A stretch of DNA of 64,000 nucleotides from Nitrospinota bacterium (GCA_029881495.1 JAOUMJ010000013.1:3954-67953), one strand, 5' to 3'. Shown: positions 49,742 through 60,107, counted from the stretch's first letter. A program made the numbers and translations. The notes: generated from the letters alone by a model not told the origin.

Positions 49742-51079
49742 ATGATAGCCGAAGGAAGCGTAAGCGTTTCCAGCCTGAATATGAGGTTTTCTCCGGGAGG
49801 GCCGGTTATCAAACTCCTCCCGCTTGGTACGGAGCTGGAAATACTGGCGCGGGAGGGTTCATGGTTTTACGTTCGGGCAAGCGGGCTCACAGGCTTTGTC
49901 GGTTCGAAGTATATCAATGTAAAGCGGCAGGAGAATAAACAGCCTGACACCCATGTTGAGGTTGTTAAACGTTCTGGAAACGTAAATATAGATCTCCTGA
50001 ATATGAGGATGAGTCCGGGCGGGGAGATAATCTCAAGGCTTCCGAGAAATACCACTGTAAACATCCTTGAGGATGAGGGGAGCTGGCTGAAGGTGCAGGC
50101 GAATGGACTCACCGGTTACGTTACAGAGGAATATATTACTCTTGAAAAACTTACCACACTCCCTCCGCCACAGAAGAAGGAGGATGTAGCCGGTTTCAAA
50201 TACGAGGACGAAAGGGCTTACGCTCCGGATGGCACCAAATTCGGCAAGAAATACAAGCTTGGTATATATAATGCCGGTTCCACCTCAATTGCGGAATTTA
50301 TCCAGAAAAACAAGTCGAGGTTCAAAAATATCTCACAATCTCTACTGAACGTCATGAAAGCGGTTTCCGAAAATGAGGGGAAATTCGAGTCGATTAATAC
50401 ATGGGACAACTGTTTTCTTTCCGCCGGCGTTTTCCAGTGGACCACCGGGCCAGGAAGTGAAGCTGGTGAGCTTGCAGCCGTACTTGAAAAACTCAAAGAA
50501 AGGTTTCCCGACTCATATGAAAAATATTTTGGCAGGTACGGGCTTGTTCCGGAAGGGGTGCGGTACAGGGAAGGGGCCACACCAGTAGGATATTTCAAAA
50601 TTGGCGGGGTGCTACTTGGAGATTCAACACAGAAAAATACCTTGCGTTCGCTTCCGTGGGCATACCGTTTTTGGCTGGCGGGGCATGACGACGATATGCG
50701 TGAGATACAGACACTCCATGCCGCCAGCAGAATTGATCTGTTTTACAAGCAGGATAAAAAGAAAATCGGGGAATTCCATGTATGCGATTACATAACTTCA
50801 GAATACGGCGTTGCCTTGTTGCTAGACCAGCATGTAAACAGGCCGGGACATGTCCCTCGCATTTTGGGTGACGCGGTAAATGAGTTGTCCGGCAAACTTG
50901 ATATAAAAAATCCGCAAAAATGGAAAGACGATGATGAGAGAATGTTGATAGAAAAATACCTGGAACTCCGCACCAAGACGAGCATGACACATCCGACACA
51001 TCGTGCGGAAACTGTTTTCAAACAGGTAAAAGCTGGGGTCATCTCCGACAAAAGGGGTACGTTCAAACTTTCTGTATAA
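49742..51079 (+). CDS. Two bacterial SH3 domains plus putative lysozyme-like peptidoglycan hydrolase domain
   Basis: Two repeats LNMR.SPGG.....L...T...IL..EGSW..V.A.GLTG.V...YI; C-terminal SENEG....INTWD...LS.G.FQWT; no signal peptide. Confidence 0.75.
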   Translation: MIAEGSVSVSSLNMRFSPGGPVIKLLPLGTELEILAREGSWFYVRASGLTGFVGSKYINVKRQENKQPDTHVEVVKRSGNVNIDLLNMRMSPGGEIISRLPRNTTVNILEDEGSWLKVQANGLTGYVTEEYITLEKLTTLPPPQKKEDVAGFKYEDERAYAPDGTKFGKKYKLGIYNAGSTSIAEFIQKNKSRFKNISQSLLNVMKAVSENEGKFESINTWDNCFLSAGVFQWTTGPGSEAGELAAVLEKLKERFPDSYEKYFGRYGLVPEGVRYREGATPVGYFKIGGVLLGDSTQKNTLRSLPWAYRFWLAGHDDDMREIQTLHAASRIDLFYKQDKKKIGEFHVCDYITSEYGVALLLDQHVNRPGHVPRILGDAVNELSGKLDIKNPQKWKDDDERMLIEKYLELRTKTSMTHPTHRAETVFKQVKAGVISDKRGTFKLSV

Positions 51080-51172
51080 CGCTGTTCCTGTACAGCATCG
51101 TTTTCGCAATTCTGCCTCGATGAGGTATTCTTTAAGTGAGTATAACGTTTAGCTGAAACAAGGTATTTTACC

Positions 51173-51883
51173 ATGCAAAAGATACTTTACCGGTCTCACA
51201 CAAGAGGCTACGCGGATCATGGATGGCTAAGGAGTTATCACACTTTCAGCTTTGCCGATTACCATAACCCCGAGAGGATGGGATTTGGCCTCCTCAGAGT
51301 ATTCAACGATGATGTGATCGAACCGGCACAAGGTTTTGGAATGCACTCCCACAGGAACATGGAAATTGTTTCGGTCCCTATCAGCGGTGAACTTAGGCAC
51401 GAAGACAGCATGGGCAACAGATATGTAATCAAGAAAAATGAAATTCAGAAGATGTCCGCCGGTTCTGGCGTCATGCATTCTGAATACAATAATTCTGAAA
51501 CGGAGCCGGCAAACTTTTTGCAAATATGGATTTTGGCCAAAGATATGAATATAGAACCGTTTTACGGGCAAAAGTCCTTTGAAGAATCTGAAAAGGCCAA
51601 CCGCTTGCAGATTGTCGCCTCGCCGGATGAAAGGGAAGGGTCGATTTGGATGAACCAGAATTCATTTCTTTCTCTTGCCAATCTGGACGCCGGGATGCCG
51701 CTGGAATACAAGATGATGCGCCCCGGGAATGGTGTTTTTGCATTCGTGATCTCAGGGGAGTCCGAAATCGACGGTGAAAGGGTCGGCCCGAGAGACGCAA
51801 TAGGGATTCTGGAAACTGAAACAATCCGTATCACGGCAAAGGAAGATTCCGAGTTCCTTTTCATAGAAGTTCCGATGAAGTGA
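51173..51883 (+). CDS. Pirin family protein (YhhW-like)
   Basis: RG..DHGWL.S.HTFSFADY, GFGMHSHRNMEI, HEDSMGN, MSAGSGVMHSE. Confidence 0.95.
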   Translation: MQKILYRSHTRGYADHGWLRSYHTFSFADYHNPERMGFGLLRVFNDDVIEPAQGFGMHSHRNMEIVSVPISGELRHEDSMGNRYVIKKNEIQKMSAGSGVMHSEYNNSETEPANFLQIWILAKDMNIEPFYGQKSFEESEKANRLQIVASPDEREGSIWMNQNSFLSLANLDAGMPLEYKMMRPGNGVFAFVISGESEIDGERVGPRDAIGILETETIRITAKEDSEFLFIEVPMK

Positions 51884-51905
51884 CGTTCCTGGTACGAGGT
51901 CAAAG

Positions 51906-52220
51906 TCAGTTCACAACCTTATGTGCAGCCACTTTCGGATGGCGGTGAACCTTCTCCATTGCCATCCGTACCGACGAATCGATTTCCTCGTCTGAAAGTG
52001 ATGTCGGCTTGCCTATATGATGGATTACCGCATTTTCGTACCGTGGCGGAAGATAGTTTAGAGCAAGGCAGAATATGTTATCCAGACACTGTCCGCAAAT
52101 GCAGAGACCGGGCAATGTCTTCCAAAGTTCCCTAATTTTTGCAATTACTCTGTTTTCATTTTCATTGATGCTCCTTTCGCGGAATTCATGATGTCGAATT
52201 ATCTCTTCACCCTTGCTCAT
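51906..52220 (-). CDS. ComFB-family protein
   Basis: N.NE..V, C.C..C.D...LALN.LPPRY, A...V..HP; GGAGG RBS. Confidence 0.85.
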   Translation of the reverse strand: MSKGEEIIRHHEFRERSINENENRVIAKIRELWKTLPGLCICGQCLDNIFCLALNYLPPRYENAVIHHIGKPTSLSDEEIDSSVRMAMEKVHRHPKVAAHKVVN

Positions 52221-52237
52221 AACTACCTCCTGTTTTG

Positions 52238-53635
52238 CTACTTCGCCACTTTAAAATTGTTTGTGAACCTGAGAAAGGTATACCCAAGCGTACCGGAAAT
52301 CAGCGAACCGAAAAGGATTCCCAGTTTTGCATATGCAAGGTATTCCGGCATTCCTCTGTAAGCGAGACCAGCTATGAACATCGACATGGTAAAACCCATT
52401 CCGGCAAGGAATGCGCCTCCGAGGGCATGGCGCATCGTCATTTTTGAAGGGAGTTTGGCGATGCCGAGCTTTACCGAAATAAGTATAGAAAGAAGAACGC
52501 CGAAAAATTTTCCAACTATCAGACCGAAGAATACCCCAAGCGTAATGCCGCTGGAAAATCCGTTACCGATCGATTCCGGATCGATAATAATTCCGGCATT
52601 CGTGAATGCGAAGATCGGCATCACTACAAACGCCACAGGAAAAGTCAAATCGTAGTGGAGCCGATGCAACGGAGACTCCATCAGATACGCGTGGTTTTTA
52701 AGCATCTGAAGGAACGAGTGCCTTTTGATAGCCTGTTCCTCCCCGGTTGGCGGGACAGGCAGTTTATCTATGTCATCCTTGATTTCCATTATCCGGTTTG
52801 AAAGTTCGCCGATGTACTGAAGGAAATAAAACGGGTTGCTCTTGGGCTTCGACGGTATGGTAAAAGCAATAATAACGCCAGCCATTGTTGCATGTATGCC
52901 GGACTTGAGCATTGCGAACCAGAGGAAGGCGCCGAATGCTAGGTATGGGAGATAATTCCTTATGCCGATAAGATTGAAGGCTATCAGGAGGACTAGTATG
53001 ACCGCACCTTTTGCGAGGTAGGCAAATGAAATCTCCTTTGCGTAAAAGATGGCGATTATCATGATCGCCCCCAGGTCGTCAACCACAGCGAGAGTAATCA
53101 GGAAAATGTAAAAAGACTTCGGGATCCTCTCCCCTAGGAGAGCGAGCACACCGATAACAAATGCGATATCGGTTGCTACGGGAATTGCCCAGCCCCTGTT
53201 GGCGGGAGCGTCCGAATTGAGTGTTGAAAAAATAATTGCCGGAAAGGCGATTCCGCCAAGCGCGGCAAAAACGGGGAGTGCCGCTTTGCGGGGGGATGAA
53301 AGTTCTCCGAAAAGGATCTCGCGTTTTATTTCAAGACCGACCATGAGGAAAAATATCCCCATCAGACCGTCGGAAACCCAGAGTTGCAACGTCTCTTTCA
53401 TTTCCCAAGTGCCGACCTGGTAATGTATGTCCACATTAACGACTTGAAGATACAGCTCCGATAGCGGAGAATTCACGGCGATTATCGCAATGGTTGTGAA
53501 TATGAAAAGGACTATGCCGCTTGCTTTCTTTTGGTGAATGAACGCTTCAACAGGCGTACGGATATTATAGAACGCCCGTTCAAAAGGAGCGTTGAACCTT
53601 CTCTCCCTGCCGGGAACCGAGGATGTAACCGTCAT
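52238..53635 (-). CDS. nhaA: Na+/H+ antiporter NhaA
   Basis: DGLM.IFF..VGLEIKRE, GWAIP.ATDIAF, LAVVDDLGA, SGIHAT.AGV, LAGMGFTMS.FI. Confidence 0.96.
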   Translation of the reverse strand: MTVTSSVPGRERRFNAPFERAFYNIRTPVEAFIHQKKASGIVLFIFTTIAIIAVNSPLSELYLQVVNVDIHYQVGTWEMKETLQLWVSDGLMGIFFLMVGLEIKREILFGELSSPRKAALPVFAALGGIAFPAIIFSTLNSDAPANRGWAIPVATDIAFVIGVLALLGERIPKSFYIFLITLAVVDDLGAIMIIAIFYAKEISFAYLAKGAVILVLLIAFNLIGIRNYLPYLAFGAFLWFAMLKSGIHATMAGVIIAFTIPSKPKSNPFYFLQYIGELSNRIMEIKDDIDKLPVPPTGEEQAIKRHSFLQMLKNHAYLMESPLHRLHYDLTFPVAFVVMPIFAFTNAGIIIDPESIGNGFSSGITLGVFFGLIVGKFFGVLLSILISVKLGIAKLPSKMTMRHALGGAFLAGMGFTMSMFIAGLAYRGMPEYLAYAKLGILFGSLISGTLGYTFLRFTNNFKVAK

Positions 53636-54162
53636 GGTATCATCCGCCTTCCGGTAAAGCCCTTGTTTACGAGGATCGATAATCTTGATTTGCCGCAGAA
53701 CCTTGATGTTTCTACGGGTGCGGGCTAACCATTTTTATCGAAAATATCAGCTGTTTGCCTCGTTCAGAACAAAAACCTTTCTCTAATTATTTTACACTTT
53801 TTAAAGTTTTTGTGTAAGACAGATGAATTTTTCTGAACTGTTTGAACTGTAATATCGCAGGGGGTTTAAAAAGATGAAGCGGGGTTTCCATCACTTTTTA
53901 GTGACCATGGAGGCCTCTATTTTCTTAATATTATTAAGGAACCCCGCTTCTCTAGTGATAAGCCTACAAAAGTATTTTCCGTTTTAATAGTCTGGTAATA
54001 TAAAAAAAATAATAGTAAACTGATTTGAAATTTATATTTTATAGATGGATCCGTAAATCCCAGGGGCGGGGAGAATAAATCCTGTTTTCCCTATCCGGCT
54101 TGGCAAATCCATCAGTCTGCATATTGGCCCAATATACAACCTGTACAATCAAGGAGCAAAAA

Positions 54163-54462
54163 GTGGAAAAGATCAATCTCAACAAGAGAGCGGAATTTAA
54201 TACGGAGTTCAGACCCCAGATACTAAAGGTAGGCGCCAACTATAAAACCCCCCTAATATGCATGAATCCGGGCCAGGAGATACCGCCGCATCCAAGCGGG
54301 ACAGGGGTTTTCTATTTTGTAAGCGGAAAAGGGGTAATGACCATCGATGGAGTTGCTCACGAAGTTGGCGCGGGTGATATGGTTTTTGTGGAAAAAGGGG
54401 AGAGCAGGGGAATTCTTGCCTTGGATCCGCTTACCGCATTTGCCGTACATATTACTGAATAG
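54163..54462 (+). CDS. Cupin domain protein
   Basis: PGQEIPPH, YFVSGKG, GDMVFV; AAGGAG RBS before GTG 54163. Confidence 0.85.
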   Translation: MEKINLNKRAEFNTEFRPQILKVGANYKTPLICMNPGQEIPPHPSGTGVFYFVSGKGVMTIDGVAHEVGAGDMVFVEKGESRGILALDPLTAFAVHITE

Positions 54463-54688
54463 ATTTCACTCTTTATAATTCAATCTCATAGCATCATAGT
54501 ATAATGTGGAATGACACATTACGAAAAGCATGGTTAACCTGCTGATTTTTAAGAAATGAGAGTTCGTTGAGGAAAAATGAAGTCATTTTGTGATAAATTC
54601 TGTTTTGATGATAAATGATTTTGACAATTTTTGTTATTATATCTAATCTTTAGAACATAACAGAAACTCTATTTTTCGGGGGCGTTTT

Positions 54689-56383
54689 TTGAACGATTTG
54701 GCATCAATAGCTACGAAGTTTATCGAAAACTCCCATGATGGCTTCATCGTAGCCGATAAAACCGGAACGATTCTATTCGTTAACGGATCATTCTCCGAAA
54801 TAACCGGCTATTCCGTGGATGAGGTGCTCGGTAAAAATCCGCGAATTCTGAAGTCTGGCAAGCACGACCAGGAATTTTATAAAAATATGTGGGGTAGCAT
54901 AAATACAGACGGCTTCTGGAGTGGAGAAATATGGAACAAACGGAAGAATGGAGAAATCTATCCCCAGAGAGTGTCAATAAACATGGTGAAGGATTCTCAA
55001 AAAGCGCCCGGCATTTACTACGTAGCGATTTTTCACGATATCACCGAGTCGAAGAAGAGCGAGGACGAGTTTCGCCACAGGGCTTATCATGACCGTCTGA
55101 CGGGGCTTCCAAACCGCCATCTGTTCTATGACAGGCTGAACCAGGCGATAGGGAGGGCGAGCCGTAATAAGAGCACATGCGCCGCGCTTTTCATAGATCT
55201 CGACAATTTCAAATACATCAACGATTCATTCGGGCACGATGTAGGCGATCTCCTGCTGAAGGAGATCGCGAACAGGCTCAAGCAGTGCGCGCGTGATGTT
55301 GATACCGTTTCTCGTATTGGCGGTGATGAATTTACGATCATCCTGGACACCCTGACAGACAAGGAAGAATCGGCCATAGTGGCAAAGAGGGTCTTGGCAT
55401 CAATTTCGAAGGAACTCGGCATACACGAACAGGAACTGTATATCACCGTCAGCATCGGTATTGCCATATATCCTGAAAACGGCAAGGATGCCGCCGAGCT
55501 TGTGAAGAACGCCGATACAGCTATGTATCACGCTAAGGAGAAGGGTAAAAACGCCTATTTCTATTTTACCGACGCCCTGAACGTAAAGGCAAAAAAGAGG
55601 ATGGAACTGGAGATAAATCTCCGCAAGGCGATAAACGAGCGGAAGCTGATCGCTTTCTACCAGCCGAAGCTCAATATAAATACCGGCAAGATAGTCGGCA
55701 TGGAGGCCCTGTCGAGGTGGCCTATGGCGGATGGCAAATTCCTCTCCCCTGCGGAGTACATACCGGTTGCAGAGCAGACCGGCATGGTGATCGATATGGA
55801 CAGTCTGATGTTCGAGAAATCGTGCGAATTCACAAAAAGGCTGAAGGAGTATATCCCTTCAGAGAACGGCTTTAAGGTTTCGGTAAACCTTTCAAGCCTC
55901 AATTTTGAATCAAAGGGGCTTTCCGCAAGTATTTTCAATATTATCAAAAAATACGGCCTTAGCCCGAAGGATGTGGAGCTGGAAGTTACAGAGACGCTGA
56001 TAATACGGAACATCGAATCGACGATCCAAATACTCAATTCGCTTGATTCAAAAGGGCTGAAAATTTCGATAGACGATTTCGGCACGGGCTATTCATCACT
56101 AAGTTATCTGACGCAATTTCCGTTCAGCACTCTAAAAATTGATCAATCCTTCGTCCACAATCTGGCAACAGATGCGAACTCGCGAACGATAGCAACAGCG
56201 ATCATTTCCATTGCCAAAGGTTTGAACGTGGAGGTCATCGCGGAAGGGGTCGAGAACAAGGAACAGCTAGACATCCTTCTTGAAATGGGGTGCGACCAGA
56301 TACAGGGTTACCTTTTCAGCCGTCCCCTCCCCGAAGAAGAAATGGTTGCGCTGATGAAAGAGAACAAAACATATTTCCTATAA
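54689..56383 (+). CDS. PAS-GGDEF-EAL diguanylate cyclase/phosphodiesterase
   Basis: PAS (ITGYS..EVLGKNPRILKSG), RDVD I-site, GGDEF, EAL, DDFGTGYSS, AEGVE, QGY.FS.P. Confidence 0.96.
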   Translation: MNDLASIATKFIENSHDGFIVADKTGTILFVNGSFSEITGYSVDEVLGKNPRILKSGKHDQEFYKNMWGSINTDGFWSGEIWNKRKNGEIYPQRVSINMVKDSQKAPGIYYVAIFHDITESKKSEDEFRHRAYHDRLTGLPNRHLFYDRLNQAIGRASRNKSTCAALFIDLDNFKYINDSFGHDVGDLLLKEIANRLKQCARDVDTVSRIGGDEFTIILDTLTDKEESAIVAKRVLASISKELGIHEQELYITVSIGIAIYPENGKDAAELVKNADTAMYHAKEKGKNAYFYFTDALNVKAKKRMELEINLRKAINERKLIAFYQPKLNINTGKIVGMEALSRWPMADGKFLSPAEYIPVAEQTGMVIDMDSLMFEKSCEFTKRLKEYIPSENGFKVSVNLSSLNFESKGLSASIFNIIKKYGLSPKDVELEVTETLIIRNIESTIQILNSLDSKGLKISIDDFGTGYSSLSYLTQFPFSTLKIDQSFVHNLATDANSRTIATAIISIAKGLNVEVIAEGVENKEQLDILLEMGCDQIQGYLFSRPLPEEEMVALMKENKTYFL

Positions 56384-56436
56384 GCAATATCCCTTATTCC
56401 ACTTTCGCATTTCAGGTATGATCTGGGGCGGTCATC

Positions 56437-57696
56437 ATGACTGAAGAACCTATTCATATTGAGGCCCTGAAGTCGGTTCCGCCTCCGTCTGAAAAGCGGA
56501 TTTCAATACAGGTAACCGCTTCGGCGCAGAGGCATGTTCGTAGCGGGCATCCTTGGCTGTTTGAAAACTCCATAACAAAACAGGGGAGGGAAGGGGCGCC
56601 GGGCGACCTGGCTGTAATATACGACAGAAACAACAAGTTCCTCGCTGTTGGGCTATACGATCCACTCTCCCTTATACGTGTGCGAATCCTTCAGCATAGA
56701 AAAAGCGCCGATATAAACCTGGCCTGGTATCTGGCAAAGCTCTGCGAAGCCGCGGAGATCCGCAAACCGCTTTCCGCCGGAAATACGGATGGTTATCGTC
56801 TGGCGCATGGCGAGAACGACTCCCTTCCGGGATTGATAATTGACAGGTACGCCGAAACGGCGGTTGTGAAGATTTACACACCCTCATGGGTTCCGCATCT
56901 TTCCGATGTGGTATCGGCGCTTATTGAGGTAATACCGGTTCGGCGCGTGGTTTTGCGAATGAACCGGATCACAAAGAATGAAAAAAAATATCTTTACGGT
57001 CTTGCCGACGGAGGGGTGGTATATGGTCCGCCGCTGGAGGGCCCTGTAGTATTCAGGGAAAATGGGATCCTTTTTGAATCCGATCCTGTGAATGGACAGA
57101 AAACAGGCTTCTTCCTTGATCAGCGGGAGAACCGGGAACGTGTGGAGAAGCTGGCAAAGGACAAAACAGTTCTGAATGTATTCTCATATACCGGCGGGTT
57201 TTCACTATACGCGTCGAGGGGAGGGGCGAAGTCGGTTACGAGCGTCGATGTATCAAAGCCGGCGATTGAGGCAGGAAAGCGGAATTTCGAACTGAACAAG
57301 GGGGATGATCGAATCGCAAGGACTCCTCAGGAGTATATCGCCGAAGACGCATTTAAGGCGATGGAACGTATGCGTAATGAGAAAAGGTTCTTCGACATGG
57401 TAATAATAGACCCTCCTGCCCTTGCAAAGAGCGAGGGGGAGGTGGCCGGGGCGCTTATCGCATACGCCAGGCTTGTTAAGCTGGGATTGAGCCTGTTGCG
57501 AAGGGGGGGGGTGCTTGTTATGGCTTCCTGTTCAAGCCGGGTAAAGGGAAGCGAGTTTTACCAGACGGTTTTCAAAACAGCCGCAAACTCCGAAAGACCG
57601 CTTGAAGAGATAGAACGTACACAACATCCGGTTGACCACCCGATAGGTTTTCCAGAAGGGGCGTACCTGAAATGTCTCTTCGCGGTCGCAAAATAG
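56437..57696 (+). CDS. rlmI: RlmI-like 23S rRNA m5C methyltransferase
   Basis: GHPWLF PUA-like start, E.DSLPGLIIDRY, GQKTGFFLDQRENR, FSYTGGF, DPP, SCS, YLK. Confidence 0.88.
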   Translation: MTEEPIHIEALKSVPPPSEKRISIQVTASAQRHVRSGHPWLFENSITKQGREGAPGDLAVIYDRNNKFLAVGLYDPLSLIRVRILQHRKSADINLAWYLAKLCEAAEIRKPLSAGNTDGYRLAHGENDSLPGLIIDRYAETAVVKIYTPSWVPHLSDVVSALIEVIPVRRVVLRMNRITKNEKKYLYGLADGGVVYGPPLEGPVVFRENGILFESDPVNGQKTGFFLDQRENRERVEKLAKDKTVLNVFSYTGGFSLYASRGGAKSVTSVDVSKPAIEAGKRNFELNKGDDRIARTPQEYIAEDAFKAMERMRNEKRFFDMVIIDPPALAKSEGEVAGALIAYARLVKLGLSLLRRGGVLVMASCSSRVKGSEFYQTVFKTAANSERPLEEIERTQHPVDHPIGFPEGAYLKCLFAVAK

Positions 57697-57824
57697 AAAA
57701 GCCTGAACTATGTGATGGCTTTTGATTCTGCGGGAAGTGAAGTTTTTGCCACAAGAGATACGTCATCCAGCGAAAAAAGGTCGCATGAATCCGCTCTTGG
57801 GGCAGAAGAATATTTCTTGAAAAG

Positions 57825-58625
57825 TTAATGGACCCTTTGGGCTAGAAGGATTTGAGTCTTGCCGTAGAGCTTCCCGTTTTTCGACTTTTTCCTGGATAGG
57901 TATTTGTCAAGTTTCCATAAAATCTTGTTTGGCAGGACGCGTCTGAGAAAACTGCTCCTTGATAGCTGATGCGAGTTCACTACTATATGCTCCATAGGGA
58001 CAAACCCGGCTTCCCGGACTATCTCCTTTAGTTCCCTCATTTTAAATTCGCATACATGGTTTCCCCAATTGTTGGCAAGTTTTACATTGCGCTCATGCTT
58101 GTCTTTGACTTCTTCCCATGAAGGCTCCTCGCATTTTAAATAATCGCCGTTAGGGGTGGTCAGGCAGATTATTCCGCCGGTCACAAGGTTTTCGCGTAGA
58201 TTGGCCAATGTCTTTACCGGGTATGCCATATGCTCTATCCCTTCCCCAAAAAAGATGCCAAAATATTTCTTCTCCGACACATGTGATGACGAATCGGCAT
58301 GTATGAAATTGAAATCCCCATGTGTTGCCTTGAGCTTTATGTAGTCGAAAAAATTCTTTTCATTGTCAAGGAAGTCCACTTTATACCCCTCTTCGGCAAA
58401 GAGAAGCCCCAGATTGCCGTTGCCGCAGGCAAAATCCGCAATAGGTATCTCCTTGTTGTCAGGAAGGTATTTTTTCATCAAATCAAATGAGGTATGAATT
58501 CGATGGCGAGTCAGGAACTTCTGGTTGGCGCCCCAACGCGGGCATAAGTACTGCTTTTTATCATCTTCCCTTATCAGGTTCAAGAGCGGATTGTTTTTGC
58601 AGGCTTCTTTTGGTGGTAATTTCAT
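57825..58625 (-). CDS. Class I SAM-dependent methyltransferase
   Basis: ADFACGNGN, EGIEH, GGIICLTTPN. Confidence 0.85.
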   Translation of the reverse strand: MKLPPKEACKNNPLLNLIREDDKKQYLCPRWGANQKFLTRHRIHTSFDLMKKYLPDNKEIPIADFACGNGNLGLLFAEEGYKVDFLDNEKNFFDYIKLKATHGDFNFIHADSSSHVSEKKYFGIFFGEGIEHMAYPVKTLANLRENLVTGGIICLTTPNGDYLKCEEPSWEEVKDKHERNVKLANNWGNHVCEFKMRELKEIVREAGFVPMEHIVVNSHQLSRSSFLRRVLPNKILWKLDKYLSRKKSKNGKLYGKTQILLAQRVH

Positions 58626-58753
58626 TGGTTAGTTAGTCTACCCATCGATCCAAAAGCCGTCAAGGCCAAAAAAATGGTACTTTTCGCATTATTTTCCCGA
58701 TGAGTTAAATCATTCTTTGTCACGCAAGACCAGACGACTGATATAATCACACA

Positions 58754-60049
58754 ATGCCGAAAAGGAAAAAACTGCTTAAAAAACTCGTGATCATTGGCGG
58801 GGGGTTCGGCGGTCTATACGCCGCGAAGAAGATGGGGCACGAGGAGTTCGAAATCACCCTCGTGGATAAAACGAATCATCACCTCTTCCAGCCGCTGCTA
58901 TACCAGGTGGCGACAGCGGCGCTATCCCCGGCGGACATCGGCACACCGATCAGGAAGATAATAAGCCATCAGGAAAATACGCTTGTTCTCATGAGCCGTG
59001 TCACGAAAATAGACAAGGTGAACCGCGAGATACATCTTCACAACCACTTGCCGATACCGTATGACTATCTGATCGTAGCCACAGGGGTTCGCCATTCCTA
59101 TTTCGGGCACGACGAATGGGAGAAATACGCGCCGGGGTTGAAGACGCTGAACGACGCTCTGACGATAAGGGACAAGCTCCTTTTCAATTTCGAAAAGGCT
59201 GAGCTTTGCGACCGCTATTCCGATGCCGAGAAGTACCTCAGCTTCATCGTAGTCGGCGGAGGGCCGACAGGCGTGGAGCTTGCCGGGGCGGTAGCGGAGA
59301 TAGCGAATCATACGATGATCCGAAACTTCAAAAGGATAGATCCGACAAGAACAAAGATATATCTTGTCGAAGCGGCTGAGAACCTTCTTCCGTCAATGCC
59401 GAAAAGGATGGGGAACAGGGCAAGAAAGGATCTTGAACATCTAGGGGTTGAAGTAATAACAGGCAAGGCGGTAACCGATATTAATTCAAACGGGGTGCAG
59501 GTCGGCGACAGATTCATAAAGGCAACGAACACCATATGGGCAGCGGGAACCGAGGCATCTTCCCTTCTTAAAACACTTGATGTGCCTCTTGATAAGGTAG
59601 GGCGCGTTATCGTGGAGCCGGATTTGAGCATACCTGGATACCCGGAGGTGTTTGTCATTGGAGATGCGGCCCATGTGAAAGGAACCGATGGAGTTCCGCT
59701 ACCGGCTGTCGCGCCGGTCGCAATGCAGGAGGCTGTCTACGTTACCAAACTGATCAAAAATAAACAGATAGGGAAACCCCACAAACGGTTTTCATATATA
59801 GACCTCGGAACAATGGCAACCATAGGGAGAAGCAGGGCGGTTGCGCAGATCAGGGGACTTTATTTTTCAGGAATCGTTGCATGGGCCATTTGGTCGGTTG
59901 TTCATCTCATGCATGTTATCCTTTACCGCAACAGGCTAAAGGTTTTAGGAGATTGGGTTCTCGGTTACATCACGGGCCATCGCGGCGCGCGTCTGATACG
60001 AAATCCTTCGGAAGAAGATTTCCGCGAAGAACTGAATAGGGATAAGTAA
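58754..60049 (+). CDS. ndh: Type II NADH dehydrogenase (FAD-dependent)
   Basis: IIGGGFGG, FQPLLYQVAT, VVGGGPTGVELAG, WAAG, VFVIGD, G.MATIGR. Confidence 0.92.
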   Translation: MPKRKKLLKKLVIIGGGFGGLYAAKKMGHEEFEITLVDKTNHHLFQPLLYQVATAALSPADIGTPIRKIISHQENTLVLMSRVTKIDKVNREIHLHNHLPIPYDYLIVATGVRHSYFGHDEWEKYAPGLKTLNDALTIRDKLLFNFEKAELCDRYSDAEKYLSFIVVGGGPTGVELAGAVAEIANHTMIRNFKRIDPTRTKIYLVEAAENLLPSMPKRMGNRARKDLEHLGVEVITGKAVTDINSNGVQVGDRFIKATNTIWAAGTEASSLLKTLDVPLDKVGRVIVEPDLSIPGYPEVFVIGDAAHVKGTDGVPLPAVAPVAMQEAVYVTKLIKNKQIGKPHKRFSYIDLGTMATIGRSRAVAQIRGLYFSGIVAWAIWSVVHLMHVILYRNRLKVLGDWVLGYITGHRGARLIRNPSEEDFREELNRDK

Positions 60050-60107
60050 ACTGGCCTCTCTTTTGTCAATCCATCAAAGGATGGGCTGAACGGTCACTGA
60101 AGAATTG

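Noticed and set aside
53636..53734. About 33 open codons in frame upstream of the nhaA ATG
   Set aside because: No standard start codon after the preceding stop; plausible by chance
30960..57511. Homopolymer tracts as phase-variation switches (C7 in the flagellin promoter spacer, G8 at 45431, G9 at 57503)
   Set aside because: The tracts are short, frames and promoter spacing are intact, and there is no population data
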